Translations under genes and position numbers: made by a program
Shown: in pieces, positions 9,499 through 19,692 of the stretch
Numbering within the stretch: position 1 is the stretch's first letter
How the letters are laid out: the number at the start of each line of letters is the position of its first letter
Assembly (NCBI GenBank): GCA_051531975.1
Contig: JAOPTT010000005.1
Location: forward strand, 224,001-288,000
Direction of reading: 5' to 3'
Source: Spirochaetaceae bacterium
GTDB lineage: Bacteria; Spirochaetota; Spirochaetia; DSM-2461
Length of the DNA: 64,000 nt
The notes under the pieces: model-generated
The model's database searches: none
Seen by the model: the letters and a program-made list of their open reading frames with translations, nothing else
Told to the model about the DNA's origin: nothing

Positions 9499-12026
9499 TG
9501 AAAGATTATGGATTAAAGAGAAAATGGAAAATACATCTAATACACCATACACACCTTGATATTGGCTATACCCATACACAGGATGCTGTACTAAAGTTAC
9601 AGTTTAAACATCTTGAAAAAGCTATGGACTTAATAGATGAAAATATAAACCGTCCCTTTGAATCTAGATTCAGATGGAATCCAGAAGCCACATGGGCTAT
9701 AGAAGAGTGGTTTGAGCAGGCTTCAGAAATTAATAAAAAGCGTTTTATCTCCATGGTTAAAGGTGGGTATATAGGACTGGATGCTATGTATGGAAGTCTG
9801 CTAACCGGTTTATGTCGTCCAGAAGAATTAATGGAAAATTTTGATAACAAACATAGCTTTGAAAAAATTACAGATGTCAAAATTGATTCTGCAATGATAA
9901 CAGATGTTCCGGGATGGAATTGGGGTCTCGTTACAGCTTTGGCAGAAAATGGTGTTAAATATCTCTCGTCAGGGCCTAACCATATGGATAGAATTGGGCA
10001 TATATTAAAAGATTTTGGAGATAAACCATTTTATTGGCTATCACCTTCCGGTAAAGAGAAAGTACTTCTTTTTGTTCATGGAAAAGGATATGCATGGTTC
10101 CATACCGGTCTAAATAGAACAAAAAATCTAAGAAATAAACTAACTCCTGGTAGAATGGCAAGATATCTTAAAAAACTTGAAAATTCTAACTACCCATATA
10201 ATACAATAATAATTAGGTATAACATTGGTTCGGATAACGGTCCTCCAGATGTTAACCTTAGTAAAATTGTAGAAGAGTGGAATAGCAGTATTACCCAGAT
10301 GAAACTTAATCTATCAACAACATCCAAGGCTATGGGTGATTTTGAGAATGATTATGCAGATGTACTACCCCAATTTCAAGGGGACATTACACCCTATTGG
10401 GAAGATGGTGCATATTCATCCTCTAGAGAGTCCGCTATAAATCGTGAGGCAGGGGAGAGATTAACCCAGGCTAATACTCTATCTGCTATGAATCAAAAAG
10501 CGGAAAGTAATAAAATACTTTTTCATAAAGCTTGGAACAATGTTATTTTATACAGTGAACATACTTGGGGAGCTCATAACTCAATAAGTAGACCTAATCA
10601 TCCATTTGCACTTAGTCAGTGGGCTTGGAAAAAGCAGAGAGCCTTAGATGCCTCTTCTATGTCAAAAGAACTTATAACAAGTAGCAGTAGTGGAACATTT
10701 GTATCACCTAGGTATTATAACGATATACTTGAAAATAAAGCCTCAGACTTAGTTCATGATGAGGTAACAGTTTATAATACCCAAAGTTGGTCTGTTTCTG
10801 GGATTGTTAAATTTAATAGTACCAAAGGTAATATTGTAGATGATTTGGGGAAGCCAGTTTTATCACAGAGATTAAACGATGGGACTATGGCTTTTATGAC
10901 AAAGGATATACCTTCTACAGGGAGTAGAAAGTATTTTATATCCCAGTTTGAAAATGGTTTAAGTGAATCAGACTGTTCTACTGATGGTTTTAATATTTGG
11001 AATGATAAGGTTAAATTGTCTGTAGATAAAAAAACTGGAACAATTAAAAGTATTCTTTTTGGAAACAAAGAGTTAATAAAGCAGAGTGAATTAGAGAAAT
11101 TTAATGATTATGTATTTGTAAAAACAAGGTTTATACGGTTTAGAAAAAAGAACAAAGAAAATAGAGATATTAAACTGTCAATTGTAGAAAAAGGGCCACT
11201 TATATCCACTATAAGAATTAGACAAAGTGGTTATAAAACAAATTCTATAATTACTGATATTACATTGATTGCAGGAAGTGAAAAAATATATATAAATAAC
11301 CTTCTTGATAGACCTGCAGCTAGAAGAAAAGAGGGTTTGCATTTTGAGTTTCCATTTAACCTACCTAATGGAAGAGTTAAATACGATACAACCTGGGGAT
11401 CCGCAGTTGTAGATAAGGATCAGCTAAAGGGAGCCAATAGAAATTTTATTACAGCTACAAGATGGTTTGATATCTCTGATTCAGAAACAGGTGTATCATG
11501 TGCTCTATTAGATGCACCCATGTTTAAATCAGGTTCGTTAATTAATGATCCTAGAAGATTTGGTAATCCTGTACGTAGCGGTTGGATAGAAGAGACTAAA
11601 TACAACGGAACTATTTACTCCTATGTTATGAATAACTACTGGCAGACTAATTATAAAGCTGATCAGGAGGGTAAAACTCTTTTTAGATATGTCTTTAGAC
11701 CCCATGGGAAATATAGTGAGGAAGAGACTTATAGATTTGCTATGGAAGAAGCCCAGCCTCTAATTGTTACTTCTAAGGGAATCAATACTAGGAGTAGCCT
11801 TATAACTTTAAGTGATAATAGGATTATAACAACTTCTATTAAACCAGAAGGGGACAACCTTGTTATTCGTCTGTTTAATATTTCAGAAGAGGAAGTTGAA
11901 ACAAATATTACTTCAAAAATTGATGGGATTTTAGCTGTATTAAGTCCTTTAAAGGATAATAATCTTAAAAATGGGAAGGTTAGTCTTTCCCCTAAAGAGA
12001 CAATATTGATAATATTAAAAAAATAA
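9498..12026 (+). CDS. GH38-family (alpha-mannosidase-like) glycoside hydrolase
   Basis: HHTHLDIGY metal motif, TDVPG putative nucleophile, YWEDG, YSEHTWG, MNNYWQTNY; TAATG overlap. Confidence 0.8.
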   Translation: MKDYGLKRKWKIHLIHHTHLDIGYTHTQDAVLKLQFKHLEKAMDLIDENINRPFESRFRWNPEATWAIEEWFEQASEINKKRFISMVKGGYIGLDAMYGSLLTGLCRPEELMENFDNKHSFEKITDVKIDSAMITDVPGWNWGLVTALAENGVKYLSSGPNHMDRIGHILKDFGDKPFYWLSPSGKEKVLLFVHGKGYAWFHTGLNRTKNLRNKLTPGRMARYLKKLENSNYPYNTIIIRYNIGSDNGPPDVNLSKIVEEWNSSITQMKLNLSTTSKAMGDFENDYADVLPQFQGDITPYWEDGAYSSSRESAINREAGERLTQANTLSAMNQKAESNKILFHKAWNNVILYSEHTWGAHNSISRPNHPFALSQWAWKKQRALDASSMSKELITSSSSGTFVSPRYYNDILENKASDLVHDEVTVYNTQSWSVSGIVKFNSTKGNIVDDLGKPVLSQRLNDGTMAFMTKDIPSTGSRKYFISQFENGLSESDCSTDGFNIWNDKVKLSVDKKTGTIKSILFGNKELIKQSELEKFNDYVFVKTRFIRFRKKNKENRDIKLSIVEKGPLISTIRIRQSGYKTNSIITDITLIAGSEKIYINNLLDRPAARRKEGLHFEFPFNLPNGRVKYDTTWGSAVVDKDQLKGANRNFITATRWFDISDSETGVSCALLDAPMFKSGSLINDPRRFGNPVRSGWIEETKYNGTIYSYVMNNYWQTNYKADQEGKTLFRYVFRPHGKYSEEETYRFAMEEAQPLIVTSKGINTRSSLITLSDNRIITTSIKPEGDNLVIRLFNISEEEVETNITSKIDGILAVLSPLKDNNLKNGKVSLSPKETILIILKK

Positions 12027-12058
12027 AAAACATTTCAAAGTAGTATTCTTTAATATAA

Positions 12059-12100
12059 ATGGATCAAATACAGCTAAGGTTAAAGCTGTAATTGATCCAT
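12059..12100 (+). terminator. Stem-loop downstream of the ROK-PMI-GH38 operon
   Basis: atggatcaaatacagct / agctgtaattgatccat, one mismatch; no clear U-tract. Confidence 0.5.
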
Positions 12101-12216
12101 ATCATACATCATTTCCTGTGTTACCTGTAATGTAACTAGGGGAGGAATAATTCACAAAATGTTACTGCTTGTTTATGTTATTTAGGATATGAGAATTACA
12201 ACGTTTAATAATTCAA

Positions 12217-12381
12217 TTATTTAACATTGAATACTAAATCATCTATAGGAAATGTCTCCTCACTAACATCTTTAGTAATGTTATCGGTAATCCATAATTT
12301 ATAATGAAACATACCCTCATATTCCCATTTAGTAATTTCAACTTCTTCTTTTCTAGATTTTATATAGACTAAACTTTTCAT
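12217..12381 (-). CDS. Small hypothetical protein, 54 aa (MKSLVYIKSRKEEVEITKWEYEG...)
   Basis: Read from the sequence (not in the ORF track); ATG preceded by AAAGGGA; open to TAA at 12217. Confidence 0.5.
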   Translation of the reverse strand: MKSLVYIKSRKEEVEITKWEYEGMFHYKLWITDNITKDVSEETFPIDDLVFNVK

Positions 12382-12511
12382 TTAAAAGTCCCTTTAATAA
12401 TTAGTATTCAAATTATTTTATTATAAACAAAATATTATTACGGTAACTTATGTTACAAAGCTACATATAATTCCTTTTTTTACCTTTTTAATATAAATAT
12501 AGAATATCAAT

Positions 12512-12549
12512 TAGTACTGCTTGACGTTAATAATGCCAAGCAGTACTAT
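12512..12549 (+). promoter_or_regulatory. higBA promoter inside an inverted-repeat operator
   Basis: tagtactgcttg 12512-12523 / caagcagtacta 12537-12548; TTGACG 12521-12526, 17 bp spacer, TACTAT 12544-12549. Confidence 0.75.
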
Positions 12550-12555
12550 TAAGTT

Positions 12556-12837
12556 ATGATATTTTTTTTCAAAAATAAAGATTCAGAAAAAATATGGAAC
12601 CAAATATATGTAAAGAAAATTCCTAAGGATGTTCAAAGAATAGGTCTTCGAAAATTATTTATCCTACACAGAGCTAAAAATATAAATGATTTAAAAGTTC
12701 CACCGGGTAATAAGTTAGAAAAGTTATCGGGAGACAGAAAGGATCAGTACAGCATCAGGATAAATGATCAATGGAGAATTTGTTTCATCTGGAATGAAGG
12801 AATAATAAATAATGTTGAAATTGTTGATTATCACTAA
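12556..12837 (+). CDS. higB: HigB (RelE-like) toxin
   Basis: [33 protein letters not shown]...VEIVDYH; toxin-first gene order. Confidence 0.92.
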   Translation: MIFFFKNKDSEKIWNQIYVKKIPKDVQRIGLRKLFILHRAKNINDLKVPPGNKLEKLSGDRKDQYSIRINDQWRICFIWNEGIINNVEIVDYH

Positions 12838-12848
12838 GGGGAGATTAA

Positions 12849-13142
12849 ATGGAACTAATACCTAATATAACACCAGGAGAAATACTTTTAGAAGAATTTC
12901 TAAAACCAATGAAAATAAGTGCATATAGGTTATCTAAAGATACAATGATGCCAGCAACAAGAATTTCAGAAATTATTAAAGGTCGTAGAAAAGTTACAGC
13001 AGATACGGCCTTAAGGCTTGGTGCTTATTTTGGAAATAGTCCAGATTTTTGGTTAGGAATCCAAGATGAATTCGATCTAAGAAAAGAAAAAATAAAAATA
13101 GAAATGGAATTAAAAAAAATACCACATGCTGTTGCTACATAG
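12849..13142 (+). CDS. higA: HigA antitoxin (HTH-XRE)
   Basis: TPGEILLEEFLKP...RISEIIKGRRKVTADTALRL...FWLGIQ; strong RBS AAGGGGAG. Confidence 0.92.
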   Translation: MELIPNITPGEILLEEFLKPMKISAYRLSKDTMMPATRISEIIKGRRKVTADTALRLGAYFGNSPDFWLGIQDEFDLRKEKIKIEMELKKIPHAVAT

Positions 13143-13163
13143 ATATGAAAATCTTGTCCCGAT

Positions 13164-13274
13164 GTGTAACAAACTGTTGGAAAAGAAAAATTATCGATCA
13201 CAGTCTATGCAAATAAAATGCAAAGACTGCGCCAACCCTATGGGACAAATTTTCTTCTTAACAGGACGTTATTC
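13164..13274 (+). repeat. Degenerate attC-like imperfect palindrome (111 bp)
   Basis: GTGTAAC-aaa-CTGTT...AACAG-gac-GTTATTC ends with an inner hairpin cagtctatgca/tgcaaagactg, just after the higA stop. Confidence 0.45.
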
Positions 13275-13277
13275 CGA

Positions 13278-13339
13278 TTGAAAAATAATCAATTTAGGAC
13301 TATACTCCAGATAATGAGCTTTATTCTGGGAGTATAGTC
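13278..13339 (+). promoter_or_regulatory. Promoter and inverted repeat in front of the ATPase gene
   Basis: TTGAAA 13278-13283, 17 bp spacer, TATACT 13301-13306; gactatactcc 13298-13308 / ggagtatagtc 13329-13339. Confidence 0.55.
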
Positions 13340-14548
13340 ATGATTGATAATATTATTTCAACATATAAAAGGTTAATAAATTACACAAATTTTAACCACC
13401 ACAGATATATTTATGATAAATTTAACCTTAATAATAGGCTAACAGGTTTAATTGGACCCCGAGGAACTGGAAAAACAACATTATTATTACAATACATAAA
13501 AGAAAAATTATGTGTTGATGAGTGCATATATACATCATTAGATAACCTATACTTTACTCAAAACAATCTTATTGAATTTGTTAATGAACTTTATGAATTT
13601 CATGGAATTAGATACTTTTTCTTTGATGAAACACACAAATATCCTAACTGGAATCAAGAATTAAAAAATCTATATGACTCATATCCAGATATTAAAATTG
13701 TATTTTCAGGAAGTTCTAGTTTAGACCTTATAAAAGGTTCATATGACCTATCAAGACGTGGTGTTATATACAAAATAGGAGGAATGTCATTTAGAGAATA
13801 TTTACTATTTAATGATATAACTAATATTCCTCCAATAACTTTAAATGAGTTAATAGAAAATAAAAATCACTATGAAACTGAAATAGGCTCTATAAAAATG
13901 ATAATGGGACATTTTAGAAATTATTTAGGTAAAGGATATTATCCTTTTCTTTTAGAAGACTCAGAAAGCTATAATCATAAAATTCAAAGAATCATAGAAA
14001 AAACAATATATGAAGATATTGCTAATCACTACAAACTCAAAACAGAAAACTTAATTAATTTTAAAAGAATAATTTCATATATGGCAACTATACCTCCTGG
14101 AGAACTAAATATAAATAATATATCCAAGAATATTGGATTAGATAATAAAACTATTCAAAACTATTTAGAGATCTTACAAGAGACAGGATTGATAGAATTA
14201 ATTATAAAGAATAGATCAGGAAGCCAAATATTAAAGAAAACAGAGAAAATATTTTTAGATAATCCAGACTTATATAAATCAACAAGTAAAGAAATAGGGT
14301 TTGAAACACAAGTAGGCACTTTAAGAGAAATATTTTTTATTAAAATGATGCTAAATTCAGATAATAAAATTCATTATAGTGAGATTGGAGACTACACAGT
14401 AAATAATATTAACTATGAAATTGGTGGAAAGAATAAAGATTTAAAACAAATTAAGAATCATTTAGATAACTCATTCCTTGTAAAAGATGAAATATTAACT
14501 GGGAACAAATATGAAATACCACTATATTTATTGGGATTTTTATATTAG
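13340..14548 (+). CDS. AAA+ ATPase (AAA_14 + DUF4143-type)
   Basis: Walker A GPRGTGKT, Walker B FFFDETH, SGSSSL, wHTH-like segment, C-terminal EIGGKNK and IPLYLLGFLY. Confidence 0.85.
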   Translation: MIDNIISTYKRLINYTNFNHHRYIYDKFNLNNRLTGLIGPRGTGKTTLLLQYIKEKLCVDECIYTSLDNLYFTQNNLIEFVNELYEFHGIRYFFFDETHKYPNWNQELKNLYDSYPDIKIVFSGSSSLDLIKGSYDLSRRGVIYKIGGMSFREYLLFNDITNIPPITLNELIENKNHYETEIGSIKMIMGHFRNYLGKGYYPFLLEDSESYNHKIQRIIEKTIYEDIANHYKLKTENLINFKRIISYMATIPPGELNINNISKNIGLDNKTIQNYLEILQETGLIELIIKNRSGSQILKKTEKIFLDNPDLYKSTSKEIGFETQVGTLREIFFIKMMLNSDNKIHYSEIGDYTVNNINYEIGGKNKDLKQIKNHLDNSFLVKDEILTGNKYEIPLYLLGFLY

Positions 14549-14614
14549 TAATTACTACTAAAGTATAATGGATTTCAAATACAGTTAGAGCTATTATGTA
14601 TAAGAGGAATAAAT

Positions 14615-14716
14615 ATGAAATTTGTAGAATTACTTAATAAGACCAATTGGAATGACATAGAAGAATGTTTACTTAATAAATTATTGTTCCTCTTTTCTTA
14701 TTATACAGTGTTCTAA
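14615..14716 (+). pseudogene. Probable truncated gene 5' remnant (MKFVELLNKTNWNDIEECLL...)
   Basis: Strong RBS AAGAGGA and ATG, but the frame runs into the 3' end of the convergent GH2 and stops after 33 codons. Confidence 0.35.
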
Positions 14717-16494
14717 ACTCTTTATAAATTAACCTGTTTAACTCAGCAACTACATCTTCATCAATTTTAAGAACTTTTCTATCGTAGGTGTAAAAACCAT
14801 TTGATTCAATTTCGACATCAGAAAATTGGGTATAAACAGCTCCACCTAAACCATGCTTTAATAGTGGGATCAGCTGATCTTCTATTAGACTTCTATAGGC
14901 TGTTTCTAACTCTTCTTTACTCTTAAAGGATATATAAGAAAACTTCTTTTTCTCATCCCACATATTACCAATAGATTTAAGATTATACCCACCATATTCT
15001 GATATTAAGTAGACTCTCTGATCTCTCTTTTTTGGTTTTTGTAATTTCTTCGAATACTTATGTACAGAGTTAAAATCCCCAACACCTTGATCAAACCAAC
15101 CAGAAGCGTGGTCAACTATCCTGGTAGGATCATAATCTTCTACAATTGTATTAATTCTTTTAGCATCATACTGTCCCCAAGCTTCATTAAATGGGCACCA
15201 GACCAATATCGATGGATAGTTATGCAGGTGATCCATTAACTCTATTAACTCTCTTTCAAAATCCTCATTGGACTCGATACTATTTCGGCCAGCACTTTTT
15301 TTATATGGTTTGGAGGTATCCTTTATGTGGTAACCAAATAGGTAGTGTAATACATCCCCAACTGGTTCAACTCTGTTAGTTCCTCCAGACATCATATCCT
15401 GTATTACAATCAGTCCAATCCTGTCAGCATGGTAATACCATCGTCTAGGTTCTACCTTTATATGTTTACGGGTCATATTAAACCCTAGTGATTTTGTCTT
15501 ATTTAGATCGAAGAGTATAGCTTCCTCTGAAGGGGGAGTCATACCACTCTCAGGCCAATATCCCTGATCTAATGGTCCGTGTAAAAAGATAGGTATGTCA
15601 TTTAGATATATTGCCTTTGATGTTGTTATACCAGAACCAAGTTCAATTTTTCTCATTGCAAAATAGCTTTCAATACGATCCAGAACGTTATCATCTTCTA
15701 ATAATTCTAGGACTAAATTATATAAAAATGGTGAGTCAGGAGACCATAGTATCTGATTTGGAATTGGAATAAATTTTGTATTATTACATGGTACAATAGC
15801 TGAAGTTACTATTCTATTTTCATCAAAAACAGATACTCTAACAACTCCAGGAGTTTTTGTTTTCACATTTATTTTAAGTTGTGACTCATCAACATTGGGG
15901 GGTAAGTTTAATAGAATGAATATAATTATCTTTTGCTACAGGTTCCAACCAGACTGATTGCCATATTCCACTGGTTGCAGTATAAAAACAACCCTTTGGT
16001 TTTAGTGACTGTTTACCCCTCTGTTGCCAATGGGTATCTGTTGGGTCCCAAACACAGAGCTGGATTTCATTTTTATCAGTATTTAGGTATTTTGTTATAT
16101 CAAAACTAAAAGGGATATAACCACCCTGGTGTATTCCAACAGAGACATCATTAACATAACATTCACAATACCAGTCAACAGCTTCAAAGTTCAGTAAAAT
16201 GCTCTTACCTTGCCAATCTTCAGGAATGTTAAATATTTTCCTGTACCAGAGATTCTCATTGGGAAGAAGGGCTTTTTTTACACCTGAACTAGCACTTTCT
16301 ATTGCAAATGGAACAAGAATCTCTCCCGTATATAGATCTGGTATATATTGTTGATGCCCGGTTATAACATAGTCCCAAGGGCCATTTAAACTTTTCCATT
16401 CTGACCTAACTAGTTGTGGTCTTGGATATTCATTTAATGGGTCATTTAAATCTATGTTTTCTCCCCAAACAGTGCTTATATCTATATTTTTCAA
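14673..16494 (-). pseudogene. GH2 beta-galactosidase/glucuronidase-like gene split by a +1 frameshift (ORFs 15889-16494 and 14673-15866)
   Basis: N-part EYPRPQL, LNFEAVDW, SGIWQSVWLE; C-part LDQGYWP, RKHIKVE, WCPFNEAWGQ, ISEYGG; G6 run at 15897-15902, and G5 restores KLTPNVDESQLKINVKTK. Confidence 0.85.
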
Positions 16495-16532
16495 ATGGTA
16501 CCCCCTTTAAGTTTTTTTACTTAAAAATCATA

Positions 16533-19500
16533 TTAAAAGTCAAATTTATCTTTCAACTTATATGAGTTTTTAATAATACAATCCTCATTTGACTGTGTCA
16601 TTGAAACTATAAAAGCCTCTTTGTTAACTGGCAGTTGTATATACTTGGCATTTTTAGGAATAGATAACTTTGTAGAGTATAAATATCCATATTCATATGG
16701 TCTATCTTCACCATTTTTATGAGTATGGTTTGAATACCACTCTAAACGCTGCCTATTTATATATCCCGGATTTATTCCAGTACATTTTTTAAGCCAAGCG
16801 TAGTCACTTCTTAATTTAGGAAGATGTTTAGGCTGAGAAGACCACTCTCTTCTATCCCACTGTCCAACAAAGTCTGTTAAAGATGAAAATATTAGATCAT
16901 TACTCTCTATTTGTTCTGAATTCTCATCTAGCCAGACAATTGATTCAACTGATCTGCTATTTGCACCACCTAATATGGATAGAGTATTATACCCTTCAGA
17001 CAGGTTTAACTTCTGAGAATTACAGCTAAGGGCATTCAATTCTTTATTTTCTGCTATATAAAATGTTATATCTCCAGATTCAACTAAGCCAGAAATAGAT
17101 TCCCGAGGCAGTATTGATTCTGTGTTAACACCGTTTTCACTAAAAAGAGAGTGATTATATGGCAGTTTTAATGTTTGTTGAGGTATAATTTTTGTAGCAA
17201 CCTCACTTTCATATCTGATAAAGTAAGATTTGATACCATTAGCTGGAATTTCAACATCCAGACTATTTTTACTGAAACTTATCTGTTCCTGTTTCTCTTC
17301 TAAACCATTTACTGTATATACTTCATTTATATCCTGGTTAAATGAGAGAGTTCCAATATTAGCCGAACCACTTCTTTCGTATAAACGAACAATAATACCC
17401 TCTAAATCTTCAGCTCTTTTAATTGATAAAATACCAATGTGTTCTGATTTAAGTTTAAAAGGTTTTATTACACTCTCTTTTGAACTGTTTTCACTGTCCT
17501 GGACTATAAATGGTCTAGTAGGTGTATTAAAAGATTTAGCAATTACATCTGTGCCTTTCCAGTCACCACTATGTCCATGAATAGCGTATCGGATTGTATG
17601 TTCGCCATGATCATGGGTCCTCTGATCCCAAAAACCATTAATATAATGAATTGCAGGAGTATATAACAGTGTCATTCTAATTGTATCCGCCATAGGATGA
17701 TCGTAACCATATTTACAATCTTCAATTATGGATATTCCCCAATTCTTTTTAGAGTTCATATCTACCCAGTTTCTAGAAGGTACTTCGTACTGTTTTTTAT
17801 TGTTGATTCCTCTATTAATTCTGGATGTCTCCCAGTTATAGGTCATTTCTGAATCATCCATATTTCCAGTTAATGCGAGTTTCAGAGAACAACCTTTTTC
17901 GTGCCAATCTATTCTCTCTATAAATTCTACAGTGTTTGATTCTGCAGATAGAGATATCTCTTTAATAAACTTGGATTTACTTACAATTGTTGTTATCTCA
18001 ATAGTTGTTTTAATAGGTCCGTGCTCTAATACTTTTACAGAACCCCCGGATTCAATACGTTTAAAAGGCTTCTTTTTTCGGTCCTTCCAATCCATATTCC
18101 ATGCAGGGAATTGTAAAGGTCTCTCTTTTTGGAATTCATATGCCAAAGGTTTTTTTAGTAGCTCTTTGTTAATTGTCTTCTCGAAAATTGATTTCACTTT
18201 TCCGTTGTTCTCTATAACTACTTTATAGAAACTATTTTCAATAATATGTGAATTTGATTCTAACTTTAAAGTCACTAACTCTTTTGGTTTTTCACTATAT
18301 TTATCTATGGAAAACTTTGACCAGCTTAATGCTTCAAGCTTTGGGGCGAAAGTAACTATTGTTTGATTATTGTCATCTATTTTAAGTTGTCCAACATATT
18401 CATTGTTATCTATGTCTTTTATTAATACATACTTGTGGTTTAAATATTGTGTATCAGTGTGTAAAATAAACTCTACAGCATCTATTCTAGATTCACTATG
18501 AGGATTAAAAAGTAGAAGTTCACCACTACCTGATAAATTAGAAGCGATAGCTTTTGCACTGTCCTCTATAATAGAAGTCCATGTATTCAGCGCAATAACT
18601 TCATCGTTATGGGAGAACTCATAGGCTGTTGGTGTTGATGTTCCAGGAAGTATATCGTGCATTTGACTTGCAATTATTCTACTCCAACTTTTTTTAATTT
18701 TCTCTTTAGGGTAGGGTAGACCTGCATGGTATAGCGCTGTAACAGCTGCTAATTCAGCAATGTATGCAAGTTGCTCATTTTTTCTATTCCATCTCTTCAT
18801 TATTCCAGCAGAAGTTATAGTTCCTGCACTATGCTGAGTTAATAAAAAATCCCCTTGGTAGCTGTCCATTTTTGATCGTTCTACATCAGTTATATTATCA
18901 AAAAACTGTTCTGCAGAACCCTGTTTAACTGTTATGCCACCCTTTTTCTTAGCATAGTGTTTAATGCTAGACAGTGCTCTTTTAACTGAGCCTTCAGTAG
19001 GTGAACCACCAATATCTCCAACACCGTAGTATTGAAAAGATTTCCATATACCGGACTTTTTACCTAGTTTTTTTAACCTAGCTAATCTACCAGGATTAAG
19101 GAATATAGGTAAATCCATATGGGAGTCATATCTACATGGGTTTAATGCACTAACTACTTCGCTGCCGTCAGGACCTCTCCATTTTCCAATTTCAAATGGA
19201 ATTCCTACTGCAGAACCCCAGGTTAGTTTATTACTTGAAAATCCGTTTATTCCACAATGTGACATAACTGTCGGCATATTTTCAGGGAAACCAAAACAGT
19301 CTGGAATCATATAATCCCGGCTACTTTTACCAAATTCATCCTTTTGCCATCTATCACCATAAAGTATATTACGGATCATAGACTCTACAGATGGGACCAG
19401 AACGTCAGTTTCATCTAGACAAGTTCCAGCTAAGTGCCATCTTTCCTGATCTATATACTTTTTAGCTTCTTTAAACAGATCAGGGAAATAATCCCTCATC

Positions 19501-19682
19501 ATTTCGTATCTTAAAGCCCCTGTAAAGTTAAATTGGTGGTCAGGATATCTTTTAAAAAGGTTTATACTCTCTTCTAATGTCTTTTTCAGATACTTTTTAA
19601 TAGTAGTTGGATATTCCCATCTCCACTGTGTATCTAGGTGGGAATATGGTACTAAAAATATCTCTTTATAGGTGTCTTTCAT
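16533..19682 (-). CDS. GH38 alpha-mannosidase
   Basis: SHLDTQWRW, IPDCFG nucleophile, YGVGDIGG, QMHDILPGTS. Confidence 0.9.
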   Translation of the reverse strand: MKDTYKEIFLVPYSHLDTQWRWEYPTTIKKYLKKTLEESINLFKRYPDHQFNFTGALRYEMMRDYFPDLFKEAKKYIDQERWHLAGTCLDETDVLVPSVESMIRNILYGDRWQKDEFGKSSRDYMIPDCFGFPENMPTVMSHCGINGFSSNKLTWGSAVGIPFEIGKWRGPDGSEVVSALNPCRYDSHMDLPIFLNPGRLARLKKLGKKSGIWKSFQYYGVGDIGGSPTEGSVKRALSSIKHYAKKKGGITVKQGSAEQFFDNITDVERSKMDSYQGDFLLTQHSAGTITSAGIMKRWNRKNEQLAYIAELAAVTALYHAGLPYPKEKIKKSWSRIIASQMHDILPGTSTPTAYEFSHNDEVIALNTWTSIIEDSAKAIASNLSGSGELLLFNPHSESRIDAVEFILHTDTQYLNHKYVLIKDIDNNEYVGQLKIDDNNQTIVTFAPKLEALSWSKFSIDKYSEKPKELVTLKLESNSHIIENSFYKVVIENNGKVKSIFEKTINKELLKKPLAYEFQKERPLQFPAWNMDWKDRKKKPFKRIESGGSVKVLEHGPIKTTIEITTIVSKSKFIKEISLSAESNTVEFIERIDWHEKGCSLKLALTGNMDDSEMTYNWETSRINRGINNKKQYEVPSRNWVDMNSKKNWGISIIEDCKYGYDHPMADTIRMTLLYTPAIHYINGFWDQRTHDHGEHTIRYAIHGHSGDWKGTDVIAKSFNTPTRPFIVQDSENSSKESVIKPFKLKSEHIGILSIKRAEDLEGIIVRLYERSGSANIGTLSFNQDINEVYTVNGLEEKQEQISFSKNSLDVEIPANGIKSYFIRYESEVATKIIPQQTLKLPYNHSLFSENGVNTESILPRESISGLVESGDITFYIAENKELNALSCNSQKLNLSEGYNTLSILGGANSRSVESIVWLDENSEQIESNDLIFSSLTDFVGQWDRREWSSQPKHLPKLRSDYAWLKKCTGINPGYINRQRLEWYSNHTHKNGEDRPYEYGYLYSTKLSIPKNAKYIQLPVNKEAFIVSMTQSNEDCIIKNSYKLKDKFDF

Positions 19683-19692
19683 ATATATCCTT

